DNA of 64,000 bases, taken from contig CAXXFL010000004.1 of NCBI GenBank assembly GCA_963674965.2, positions 352,001 to 416,000 of the forward strand, read 5' to 3'. Both the position numbers and the translations under genes were made by a program. The stretch comes from a bacterium. Its GTDB lineage: Bacteria; RBG-13-61-14; DATKZS01. The notes beneath the pieces are model-generated. The model was not told the origin of the DNA. It saw only the letters and a list, made by a program, of their open reading frames with translations, and did not search any database. Below are positions 9,401-17,611 of the stretch, in pieces (position 1 is the stretch's first letter; each line of letters opens with the position of its first letter).

Positions 9401-11401
9401 TCGTTTACCAACCTCGAGGAATATCAGAACGGCACCAATCCCTGCGAGATCATGGCTTGCGAGGATGGGTTGGACAACGACGGCGACGGCCTATCCGACC
9501 TTGACGACCCCGGCTGCGACGACCTCGCCGACGACAGCGAGAGGGGAAGCGACATCTGCGACAACGGCGTTGACGACGACTCCGACGGTTTGACCGATTA
9601 TCCGGACGACCCGGATTGCTCGGGACCGGCGGACTCGAGTGAGTTATTAATAATCACGCCCACGCTTATAGGATCGTACGACACGCCGGGGTTTGCATCT
9701 GCCGTTGTGGTGGTCGGAAACTACGCCTACGTGGCGGATAAGGTAGCCGGACTGCTTATTATAGATGTATCTAATCCATCAAGCCCCGCCTTGATCGCCA
9801 CCTACGATACAAGCAGCGCCCGCGACGTCCAAGTGTCCGGAAACTACGCTTACGTGGCGGACTGGGCCGAGGGCTTGAAGATTATTGACGTCTCCAATCC
9901 CCAAAGTCCATCTATGATAGGGGCATATGACACTTCAGACGCCACAGGCATTTTTATCTCGGGAGATTACGCCTACGTGGCGGACTATAGGTCGGGCCTT
10001 CGCGTTATTGACGTGTCCAATCCAGCCGTTCCAAGCCTTTTAGGCACTCTGGGATCCTCCGCTAATTCCTGCGGCGTATACGTGGTGGGCAATTACGCGT
10101 ATGTGGCGGACGGATCGGCCGGCCTGCAAATTATTGACGTGTCCGATCCCTCTTCACCCGTCCGCTTGGCAACTTATGATACCCCCGACTTCGCGAACGG
10201 AATTTTTATCGCAGGCGACTACGCCTACGTGACCGACCGCGACTCGGGGCTCCATATTTTCGACGTTTCCAATCCAGCCAGCCCTAACCTTGCGGGCGCC
10301 TACGACACCCCAGGCTGGGCCTACGACGCTCTCGTCATAGGCCAATACGCCCTCCTGGCCGACCTGTGGTCAGGTCTTCTAATCATTAATGTATCCAACT
10401 CCGCCAACCCCGTGCTTGTGGCTTCATATAACACTAATGGGACATCCCAGGAAGTTGACTTTGAAGGCGGCTATGCCTATGTGGCGGACGGAAACTCCGG
10501 GTTGCAAATAATATCGGTCAATTTACCGGACCCAGATGTAGACGACGACGGCGTTAGCAACGGCGTGGACAACTGCCCGGCCGTCTCGAACCCGAGCCAG
10601 GACAACGCCGACGGGGACGCCCTCGGAGACGCCTGCGACGCGTGCCCTAACGACATGGACAACGACGTGGACAACGACGGCGTATGCGGAGACGTGGACA
10701 ACTGTCCGGCGGTTTCCAACTCCAGCCAGGAAAACGCCGACGGGGACGCGCTCGGAGACGCCTGCGACGCCTGTCCAAACGACGCGGACAATGACGTGGA
10801 CAACGACGGAGTATGCGGAGACGTGGATAACTGTCCCAATGACGCGGATAACGACACGGACAACGACGGGGTCTGCGGCGACGTGGATAATTGCCCCGCC
10901 GTCTCGAACGCTGATCAATCCAATATTGACGGTGACGCGCTCGGCGACGCCTGCGACGCATGTCCCAACGACGCGGACAATGACGCGGACGACGATGGGG
11001 TCTGCGGGGACGTGGACAACTGCCCGGCCGCTTCCAACTCCAGCCAGGACAACGCCGACGGTGACGACCTGGGCGACGCCTGCGACGTCTGTCCCAATGA
11101 CGCTGACAATGACGCGGACGACGATGGGGTCTGCGGGGACGTGGATAACTGCCCGGCGGTATCCAATCCGGGTCAGGCGGACGGAGACGGGGACGGGGTG
11201 GGCGACGCCTGCGACGGCGGTGGTAGCGAGCCGAGTAGGCCCGACGGTGGGGACGACGGCGGCGGAGGCGGCGGGGGCTGCTCGATCTCCGGCGCGCCCA
11301 TGTCCGGAGGTGCGGCGGCCATGAACGGCCTTTTCCTGGCGGCCCCTCTTCTGATCGGGCTGGCCTTGAGGCTCCGCTCCCGGAGGACGGCGAGAGGATA
11401 G
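6428..11401 (+). CDS. Giant surface protein: signal peptide, DUF1565/beta-helix-like N-terminus, thrombospondin type-3 Ca-binding repeats, two LVIVD repeat blocks, Gly-rich/Cys/TM C-terminal anchor
   Basis: WYVS..TGND..GDGS..APFASIQ; many DNCP..N..Q.DxDGD..GDACD repeats; YAYVADG..GLQIIDVS repeats; GGGGGGGCSI-hydrophobic-RLRSRR end; AGGAGG RBS. Confidence 0.9.
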   Translation: MKTLPISARQRKIKSLILSALVCVMAALPLPAGAATWYVSATTGNDATGDGSQSAPFASIQYAMGQASSSDTVLVAGGTYNETVEAKGNVKVYGGHDPITWERNPLVFRTVIEGGGLKYFSSHCLFDGFVIQNVNTGLYVKNSGYGAISNTIIRNAIKGVNIEATGNYFSNMLIKNSLIIGNEWGIDTNPSLYIECFEGYCDPHHSCHYWGCESTFYSIGCTGIYGDNVTITDNSNLAWLTRFSDACSAPNGEYCSGTAVGWLSVRNSILYGNEAGIAGNGSLGGDYNILDQDPLFGDTSLGDYGLQSTSPCIDAGDTAESYKDPDGSINDIGATGGPDSIFFDGDYDGMPDIWEEYYGLDPADPSDAAGDPDADGLTNYREYLAWSDPGVQDNPYDTDNDGFSNWDDNCPDHYNPGQEDDDTDGIGDACDYDYDSDGDGMPNVWENDHDCIMADTVDAAENPDGDAVTNLEEYQNGTDPCASNECSDGLDNDGDGLSDLDDPGCDDLADESERGSNICDNGVDDDGDGLTDYPDDPDCSGPADSSELLIITPTLIGSYDTPDEAWDVMVVGDYAYVADDGAGLHIIDVSSPSSPALIATYDTYRALGISVSGSHAYVADGTDGLKIINISNPFSPYLEGAYDTAQAIGLYVLGDYVYVAVHASGLQIVDASNPVSPSLIGALNTSGYSCDVCIAGNYAYMADAEAGLQIIDVSNPSSPTLVATYDTPNYARGVFVSGNYAYVADRDSGLQIIDVSNPAAPTLTGAYNTPGSSNDVQVIGDYALVADDSSGLQIINVSDPANPALAASYDTSGSSRGVYYEGGYAYVADGAAGLQIIALNLPAPDEDGDGLGDDVDNCPTVSNPGQENADGDALGDACDACPNDGDNDADNDGVCGDVDNCPAVSNADQSNIDGDEYGDACDSDADNDGTDDGSDNCPGVYNPDQGNMDGDTFGDACDDDNDGDGMPDAWENEYACVNAESFDADANPDGDSFTNLEEYQNGTNPCEIMACEDGLDNDGDGLSDLDDPGCDDLADDSERGSDICDNGVDDDSDGLTDYPDDPDCSGPADSSELLIITPTLIGSYDTPGFASAVVVVGNYAYVADKVAGLLIIDVSNPSSPALIATYDTSSARDVQVSGNYAYVADWAEGLKIIDVSNPQSPSMIGAYDTSDATGIFISGDYAYVADYRSGLRVIDVSNPAVPSLLGTLGSSANSCGVYVVGNYAYVADGSAGLQIIDVSDPSSPVRLATYDTPDFANGIFIAGDYAYVTDRDSGLHIFDVSNPASPNLAGAYDTPGWAYDALVIGQYALLADLWSGLLIINVSNSANPVLVASYNTNGTSQEVDFEGGYAYVADGNSGLQIISVNLPDPDVDDDGVSNGVDNCPAVSNPSQDNADGDALGDACDACPNDMDNDVDNDGVCGDVDNCPAVSNSSQENADGDALGDACDACPNDADNDVDNDGVCGDVDNCPNDADNDTDNDGVCGDVDNCPAVSNADQSNIDGDALGDACDACPNDADNDADDDGVCGDVDNCPAASNSSQDNADGDDLGDACDVCPNDADNDADDDGVCGDVDNCPAVSNPGQADGDGDGVGDACDGGGSEPSRPDGGDDGGGGGGGCSISGAPMSGGAAAMNGLFLAAPLLIGLALRLRSRRTARG

Positions 11402-11472
11402 CTGGTTTTTTAAAGGATCAGGCAAGGGGAAAGGAAGTCCCTGGGAGGCTTAGCTCCGGGAGTCTGAGATAA

Positions 11473-11676
11473 TCAGCCCCCGGCCTCGCCGCCCACGCAA
11501 AACGCGTGGGGGACCCTGATTAAGGACCCGTGGGTGGCGCGGATAGCTCGCCTATCCGCGCGGCGCAAGCCGTTGGATATTCACGCGCGCGCCCGGCGGC
11601 CCGTCGCCCCCTTTCCCGCGCCTTTGGCGTCCAGATAGCCAAGCTATCCGGGCCACCCCGCGCAACATGCGTGGGG
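11473..11676. repeat. Cluster of GGGTGGCC-hairpin REP-like palindromes between convergent genes
   Basis: tcagcccccggcctcgccgcccacgc..gcgtggg (11473-11516) matches 26611-26670; gggtggcgcggatag..ctatccgcgc (11532) and inverted gatagccaagctatccgggccaccccgc (to 11661). Confidence 0.65.
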
Positions 11677-11700
11677 GGCCATGATTTTAAATCAGGCGGG

Positions 11701-12042
11701 TCAGTGGTGGTGATGGCCGGACTCGGAGTGTCCGCCGGCCATGACGTAGACGACTTTTTCGTTCCCGGGGTTTGCTATGGCGCACTGATGGGCCCCCACC
11801 AGGTGGACGGCCTCGCCGGGGTGGAGGGTGAGGTTAAGTCCTTCGCCTTGAATCTCGAGGTCGCCGGTGACCGCCAGGAGGATTTCCTCGTGGCCCGCGC
11901 CGGGGCAGACCTTCCGGTCCTTCTCGCCGGGCCCCAGTTCGCCGTAGATGAGGTAGCAGGCGTGAGTGCCCAGTTCCTCGAGCCCGAGAACGTACTCGCC
12001 GCCCTCCTTTTTCGCCTTCTCGATCAGGTTGTATCTTTTCAA
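11701..12042 (-). CDS. Small cupin-fold protein
   Basis: GHEEIL..VTGDLEI..L.PGEAVHL..N.G..VYVMAGG pattern; directly downstream of the GRE gene. Confidence 0.7.
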   Translation of the reverse strand: MKRYNLIEKAKKEGGEYVLGLEELGTHACYLIYGELGPGEKDRKVCPGAGHEEILLAVTGDLEIQGEGLNLTLHPGEAVHLVGAHQCAIANPGNEKVVYVMAGGHSESGHHHH

Positions 12043-12063
12043 CGCCGTTCCTTTCCTCAGGTT

Positions 12064-14613
12064 TCATATCCGGCCGTGTGAGGTCCGGGCGATAATGTCG
12101 TCCTGCACTGGTTTTCCCAGGTCCACGAAATAGGCGCTGTATCCCGAGACCCTTACCACCAGGTCCTTGTAGTCCTCCGGGTTTCGCTGGGCCGCTCGCA
12201 GGACCTCGTCGGAGACCACGTTGAACTGCACCTGCATGCCGCCCTGCTTGAAGTAGGCCAGGACCATGGCCGCTATTTTCTTCACCCCGCCGGGGGTCGA
12301 GAGCAACGTGGGCAGGAGCCTGATATTGGTCGAGCTTCCGTTGGGGATGAGCTCATGGTTCAGCTTGGCCGCGCTTTGCAGGGCGGCGACGGGCCCCTTT
12401 TGCTCGGCCTGGTTGGTGGGTGAGATGCTGTTCGAGATGGGCTCGCCCGCCTTGCGCCCGTCGGGGGTCGCGCAAAGGACCGTGCCCTCGAAAACGTGCA
12501 TGCCGTAGCTGAAGAAGCTGGGCCGGAATATCCCGCCGCGCCGGGGCTTGTGCTTCATGACCTCGCGGCAGAAATGCTCGGCGATTTCGCGGGCGATCGC
12601 GTCCGCCTCATCGTCGTCGTTGCCGTACTTGGGCGCGCGCGTTTTAAGGCGGCCCCGCAGGGTCTCCTCTCCCCGGAAGTTCTTGTCCAGGGCCTTGAGG
12701 AGGTCGGCCATCTTGAGGGACTTATCCTCATAGACCAGCTTCCTGATCGCTACCAGGGAGTCGGCCGCCGTGGCCAGACCCCGCCCCGAGATGGAGTTGA
12801 AGTTATAGCGGGCGCCGCCCCGGGTCATGTCCTTTCCGCTGTCGATGCACCCGTCCAGGGTGATGGAAACCAGCGGGTTGGGCAAAAGCTCCTCGAAGGC
12901 CTGGTCCTTGAGGTTGGTGGCCCGGGCGATAAAATCCACGCAGAAGCTTATCTGCTTTTTATAGGCGTCCATGAACTCCTCGAAGGTCTTGAAGCCGCGG
13001 GGGTCTCCGGTCCGGGGTCCGAAGCGTCTTCCCAGCATGACCAGCCTTCCGTCGCGCAGGGTCATCTCGAGGGCGCCCACCAGTGAGACGTCGTTCCCGG
13101 AGGTGCAGCCGAAGGTGTTGCCGTCGGAGGTCGGCTCGACGCAGCCGATGATGGCGTAGTCGCGGGCCTCATCAAGGGGATAGCCCGACCCGGCCAGGGC
13201 CGGCACGATGGCCTCGTCGTTGAAGATGGCCGGACCGTTCGAGCGCCCGTGCATGGCGATGATCTTCTCCACGTAGTCGCCGGGGGATTTCTCGCTGATC
13301 CGGAAGGACACGGAGTTGGACATGTGGCGCACGTTCTCGGTGGCCCGAATGAAAAGATAGCTGAGCGGATTGGTCGCGTCCTCTCCGTCCCGGCCCACGC
13401 CGCCGATGGTGACGGCCATGTTGTCGGCGCCCAGTTCGCTTCCCGTTTCCTTGCCGTAGGGCGGAAGCACGAGGAGGTTATAGCTGAGCTTGACGATCAA
13501 CTCCTCGAGAAGCTCGAGGGCGTCCTCCTCGCTTATCCGGCCGGCGGCAAGGTCGGACTCATAAAAGGGACAAAGGTACTGGTCCACCCTGCCCAGGGCG
13601 AATATGCCCACGATGCCGTGAGAGATAAGGGCCAGGGTCTGGGTCATCCATACCCACTGCAGGGCCTCGCGAAAGTCGCGGGGAGGAAGCCAGGGCACGC
13701 GCCGGCACCTCTCGGCTATGGCCATAAGCTCTTCCCTTCGCTTGCCGTCTCTTGCCTCCTTGGCCTTGGACTCGGCCAGGTCGGCGTAGCGTCCGGCAAA
13801 GTCGCGAGCCGCGTCGCAGCAAATAATCACCGACTCGAGAAAGGCCCTTGCCTCGGGGTCGCCGCCCGCCTCGAGGAGTTTCTTCTCCGCCCGGACCTTG
13901 GCCCCCTGGAAGCCCTCCTTGATCAGATATTTGTGGCCCAACACGAGGTGCCCCTGCATGTCGAACACGTTCATGCAAAGGCCGGGGTTGTTGAGCGGTA
14001 TCTCCGATCCGGCCATGGCCGCCACCTTGGGGTTGGCCCGGGCGTAGGACGCCTGCTTGAGGAGAGGGGCCAGGCCGAAGCTTTTCACCCTTTTGTAAAA
14101 GGCCGAGGGCGAAGTATTTAAGGGGACGAAAAGGCCCTCGTCTTTCCACAGCTCTTTCTTTCTATGCCGTATGCTCTTGTCCTTCCAATAGGGGATGATG
14201 TCGCCAAGGAGTTCCTTTTTCTCGTCGGGGCTTATTTTAAAGGGCCGGTCCTTGCGACTTAAAAGATAAGGAAGCTCCATCTCGAGCACCAGGTTGATGT
14301 CGCCCCTCTCGATGGGAATGACCGTGGCCACCAGCTTCGAGCTGCGGTTGCCCACGATGGCCTCCTCATCCAGGATGTAGACGGTGCAGTTCTTCAGGGT
14401 ATGGGCAAAGGCCTTGGCCGCCCGCAAGTCGGGGGCCTCGCCCTCGGTCTGGCGATAGCTCTGGGTGTAGTACCGGGCCCTTTCGACGCATATCTCGTAT
14501 GGAGCGTCCAGGATCCTTAGCCGGAGCCTCGCGGTCCTGGACTCCTCTGAAGAGGACGGCTGGACGGGGGCTGGGGAGGGGCCCGCCGAGTAGTCGGAAA
14601 CTGGCTGAGTCAT
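12064..14613 (-). CDS. Glycyl radical enzyme (PFL-like family, single active-site Cys)
   Basis: IIGCVEP Cys loop; QFNVV..L.AAQ.NPE.YKDLVVRVSGYSAYF glycyl-radical motif; ATPDGRKAG. Confidence 0.93.
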   Translation of the reverse strand: MTQPVSDYSAGPSPAPVQPSSSEESRTARLRLRILDAPYEICVERARYYTQSYRQTEGEAPDLRAAKAFAHTLKNCTVYILDEEAIVGNRSSKLVATVIPIERGDINLVLEMELPYLLSRKDRPFKISPDEKKELLGDIIPYWKDKSIRHRKKELWKDEGLFVPLNTSPSAFYKRVKSFGLAPLLKQASYARANPKVAAMAGSEIPLNNPGLCMNVFDMQGHLVLGHKYLIKEGFQGAKVRAEKKLLEAGGDPEARAFLESVIICCDAARDFAGRYADLAESKAKEARDGKRREELMAIAERCRRVPWLPPRDFREALQWVWMTQTLALISHGIVGIFALGRVDQYLCPFYESDLAAGRISEEDALELLEELIVKLSYNLLVLPPYGKETGSELGADNMAVTIGGVGRDGEDATNPLSYLFIRATENVRHMSNSVSFRISEKSPGDYVEKIIAMHGRSNGPAIFNDEAIVPALAGSGYPLDEARDYAIIGCVEPTSDGNTFGCTSGNDVSLVGALEMTLRDGRLVMLGRRFGPRTGDPRGFKTFEEFMDAYKKQISFCVDFIARATNLKDQAFEELLPNPLVSITLDGCIDSGKDMTRGGARYNFNSISGRGLATAADSLVAIRKLVYEDKSLKMADLLKALDKNFRGEETLRGRLKTRAPKYGNDDDEADAIAREIAEHFCREVMKHKPRRGGIFRPSFFSYGMHVFEGTVLCATPDGRKAGEPISNSISPTNQAEQKGPVAALQSAAKLNHELIPNGSSTNIRLLPTLLSTPGGVKKIAAMVLAYFKQGGMQVQFNVVSDEVLRAAQRNPEDYKDLVVRVSGYSAYFVDLGKPVQDDIIARTSHGRI

Positions 14614-14738
14614 GTCCGCTCCTTTTCGCGAGAATGAAATAACCTTGTGAATAAAATAGCAGATTTTCAGACGGGTTTAAACCGCCCGGCGAATGAAGGC
14701 TAAATTCGTTTTTTCCGCGTGAACTCCTCAATACGATC

Positions 14739-14767
14739 TTGACTCTCCGGGTAAGTTTTGTTACCAT
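14739..14767 (+). promoter_or_regulatory. Sigma-70 promoter for tRNA-Phe
   Basis: TTGACT-17 bp-TACCAT with extended -10 TGn, about 22 nt upstream of the tRNA. Confidence 0.65.
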
Positions 14768-14789
14768 CTTTATCTGTCAAATAACGAAA

Positions 14790-14865
<76 letters not shown>

Positions 14866-14912
14866 TGATCGTGAGGGATCGCAAAAAACATAAAGATTCC
14901 TTTGGATTTTCG

Positions 14913-14947
14913 CCGTAAGCCCAGTATTGGGGGTTTGCGGTTTTTTA
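14913..14947 (+). terminator. Rho-independent terminator after tRNA
   Basis: CCGTAAGCCC...GGGTTTGCGG stem (with G-U pairs) followed by T7. Confidence 0.7.
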
Positions 14948-15010
14948 TTGGAAGACCGGCAATTGTAGTAGAAGTATGGATAAACGCTTGAAAAATCGAG
15001 AAAGGAGAAC

Positions 15011-15442
15011 GTGGTGGACTTGGAGTCACTGGTAAATGGCGCGCCCTCGATGGCCCCGGCGATCAAAGTGGGCTTTTCCGGCGCGATGGGCAGGGGAGTT
15101 TTCGCGACCGCCGACTTTATGCCCGGCGATCTTATCGAGACGGCCCCCGTAATCGTCATCCCCGCGGCCGACTGGCCAATGCTTGAAAAAACCATTTTGT
15201 TTTCTTACGGTTACGATTTCAGTTCGAACGGGGACGAGGACATGGCCCTGGCACTCGGGCTGGGTTCAATGTATAACCATTCATATTCTCCCAACGCCAT
15301 GTACGTGAAGAAAATAACGGAGCGCGAAATCGGCTTTTTCGCCATATCCAGGATTAAAAAAGGCGAGGAGATCACGGTTAATTATAACGGCCGGCCCGAG
15401 AGTCTGGACCCGCTATGGTTCCAGGTCATATCCGGCGGATAA
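15011..15442 (+). CDS. SET-domain protein (lysine methyltransferase family)
   Basis: GRGVFA, GSMYNHSYSPNA, IKKGEEITVNY motifs; AGGAG RBS. Confidence 0.92.
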   Translation: MVDLESLVNGAPSMAPAIKVGFSGAMGRGVFATADFMPGDLIETAPVIVIPAADWPMLEKTILFSYGYDFSSNGDEDMALALGLGSMYNHSYSPNAMYVKKITEREIGFFAISRIKKGEEITVNYNGRPESLDPLWFQVISGG

Positions 15443-15476
15443 AGCCGACGACCTCGATTTATAGGCGAAGCGGGAT

Positions 15477-15515
15477 GGTCCCGCGATAATGTCTTCAATA
15501 TCGCGGCCACCCCGC
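15477..15515. repeat. GGGGTGGCC-hairpin REP-like element
   Basis: ccgcgata-atgtcttcaa-tatcgcgg-ccaccccgc; shares the tgtcttcaatat loop sequence (opposite strand) and the ggccaccccgc foot with 26611-26670. Confidence 0.65.
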
Positions 15516-15917
15516 CGCGGCGAAGGTTTCGGCGGGCGAGTAGGACATGTCCAGCCGGCCTATCCTCATGAAGGCGCCATCGTACATGAGCTTGATCCAG
15601 CCCTCGTCCATGTGGAGCTTGCGGCCCTGGTCGTGCACGACCTTGTCCTCATGCCGGAGCAGGATGAAACCCTCGGCGTGCTCGCTCGGGTTGATGTGAA
15701 TTTTTAGGTCGGCGTACCGCACATGGACGGTGCTCACCTGCTCGTCGTCGGCCGCGCCCGAGTCGAAATGAAAATCGTTCAAAGTCACCCTGGCGTCTAT
15801 CTTACCCGAGAAGCTCACCAGCGGGGTCTCCTCGGCGCCAAGGCCCGCGCAGAGCGGCGCCATCACCGCGATCAAACAAATCATCGCTAACTTCCATGAC
15901 AATAACCTTACTTCCAT
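15495..15917 (-). pseudogene. Probable 3'-truncated outer-membrane porin-like gene
   Basis: AGGAGG RBS, signal peptide, alternating beta-strand pattern (VSFSGKIDAR, ADLKIHIN, DEGWIKL, MRIGR); only about 140 aa, and the last codons (GWPRY*) come from the REP. Confidence 0.5.
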
Positions 15918-16139
15918 AACTTGCCTCCTAAATGGATTGTTTTCTCCGGCGATCAAAGCAGACGTCCCCACTCGTCGCCGCCTTTAAAACCATATGATCG
16001 CTAACGGGTAAACAATATTTGCCTGTTCCCCGCTGTCGCCCATATCGAGCTATAGTTTATCCGTTCGGCTAAAATGGAGCATTCTGAAACGCGAGTCATT
16101 CCCGGAATGTCAAACTCGCCGACCTGCTCGCTATGCTCG

Positions 16140-16335
16140 CCCATATAGCGGAGCTATATGGGTTACTTATAATTCAAGACCCGTCTGTGAGTTACCTGTT
16201 GGCCCATGCATTTTCACAAAATGCACGGTTGTAGCCGCAGGCTGAGTATTGCTGTTTACTAAATCAAGCACGGTTTTTTAGCTCCTCCCCTTGAAAAAGG
16301 CCTTTCGATACGATTGGCGTCAGAAGCGTTCAGCC
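16140..16335. repeat. REP-like hairpins plus a ~62 bp segment duplicated at 26554-26616
   Basis: Perfect hairpin CCCATATAGC-gga-GCTATATGGG; tggcccatgca..tgcacgg..agccgcaggctga arm (16198-16245); gttttttagctcctcc.cttgaaaaagg...tacgattggcgtcag...cgttcagcc. Confidence 0.7.
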
Positions 16336-16342
16336 TATCCGC

Positions 16343-16951
16343 TTACCTATGAATATTTTTTACCATTATATTTTGCTTGGCCTCAGAGATAATGCCGTAT
16401 ACTTTCCTTACGTCTCTTACAGACTCGAGACATTGAACGGATGGGCCGCGATTACCCCAAAACATCTTTGCAATATGGCCTCTGCTGGAGTGGGCCAATA
16501 AAGATGAATCCGTTGCCAGCGTTATGGTCCCGCTTCCGTCGCTGTTTTCAGTGACTTCAACCATTTGGGTAGTGGCCAGAGGTAATAATTTCGATTTGCT
16601 TTTTATAAATTGGGAAATGAAGACAATCCTGTCCGAAGTCACCGCGTATATCGTGTTTTTTCTTTTGTACGAGTCAAGTAAGAATCTTCCGAAAGCAAAG
16701 TATAGCCCCGCTAATAATATGGAGAGTAAAAACGATAAAGGAAATACCATTGTTGCGAATTTCTCATGGCCTCGGGAGATAACTATATAACAAAATAGGC
16801 ATGCCCCGCATGATAAAATGAATCCAAGGGGAACCATGAATAGGTCAAGAGGCGTCGTCTTAAATCCTTTTTTGGGGGAATCATGCCAGAGAATATTTTC
16901 CTCCGGCGATAAAACACCTTCAATATTTTCAACGCTTGGATGCTTCATCAA
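16343..16951 (-). CDS. Membrane protein with two TMs and a bacterial PH-like domain; putative immunity protein
   Basis: L.PEE.ILW..P, two TMs, TIYAVT.DRI, DGSGTI; low GC; paralog of 17000-17593. Confidence 0.7.
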   Translation of the reverse strand: MMKHPSVENIEGVLSPEENILWHDSPKKGFKTTPLDLFMVPLGFILSCGACLFCYIVISRGHEKFATMVFPLSFLLSILLAGLYFAFGRFLLDSYKRKNTIYAVTSDRIVFISQFIKSKSKLLPLATTQMVEVTENSDGSGTITLATDSSLLAHSSRGHIAKMFWGNRGPSVQCLESVRDVRKVYGIISEAKQNIMVKNIHR

Positions 16952-16999
16952 CCATTCTCCTGATAATCGATTAAAGACATCGCGGTCGTCGCGCGCCTT

Positions 17000-17593
17000 C
17001 TAGATGACGATTCTTTTGTTCTTCTTGGCTTCATCGATAATATTATATACTTTTCTCACGTCATCGATAAATTCAAAACTTGGGACAAAGGGACCGGAGT
17101 TCAAAGATGTCCAAACCGCCATTTTGTGCCTGTTAAAGTAGGATGATAAATACGTTTTTGCTCCGAACAGAATGGTCCCGCTTCCGTCTTTCTTCTCCGA
17201 GATACCGACCACGCCAAGAGTAGCTATGCTTAACGAAAACAATTTTAATTTCGTTATCTTAGAAAGAAAGATAATTCTATTTGTAGTTACGGCATAAATT
17301 GTTTTATTCCTTTTATATGAGTCAATGAAGAATCTTCCGAATGAGAGGTATAATCCGATTGAAAATATAGGAATATTAAAAATAAAGGCAAATAAAGACG
17401 CCCAGAAATCTCCGGGGCTAGTGAAAATATCAACATAAAAAAAGAATGGTACTGAAAAGAAAGCAATGCCAAAAGGAAAATTAATTACATCAAACGGCCT
17501 CATCATTAACTTAATATCAGGATAGCCGTGCCAGAGTATCTTTTCCTCTGGTAGCAGAATATTTTCAATGTCTTTTTTGCTTAATGGCCTCAT
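17000..17593 (-). CDS. Membrane protein with two TMs and a bacterial PH-like domain; putative cognate immunity protein
   Basis: Starts 19 nt after the Rhs stop; shares FGRF..DSYKR..TIYAVT and DVRKVY.II.EAK with its neighbour. Confidence 0.7.
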   Translation of the reverse strand: MRPLSKKDIENILLPEEKILWHGYPDIKLMMRPFDVINFPFGIAFFSVPFFFYVDIFTSPGDFWASLFAFIFNIPIFSIGLYLSFGRFFIDSYKRNKTIYAVTTNRIIFLSKITKLKLFSLSIATLGVVGISEKKDGSGTILFGAKTYLSSYFNRHKMAVWTSLNSGPFVPSFEFIDDVRKVYNIIDEAKKNKRIVI

Positions 17594-17611
17594 CGAGCAA
17601 TCTCCCGAGTT

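Noticed and set aside
8960-11220. CRISPR-like repeat array
   Set aside because: The repeats are in-frame TSP3 coding units with synonymous variation; no unique spacers or cas genes.
15011-15442. SET protein methylating the Lys-rich PPDK tail
   Set aside because: The genes are 12 kb apart with no linking evidence; speculation only.
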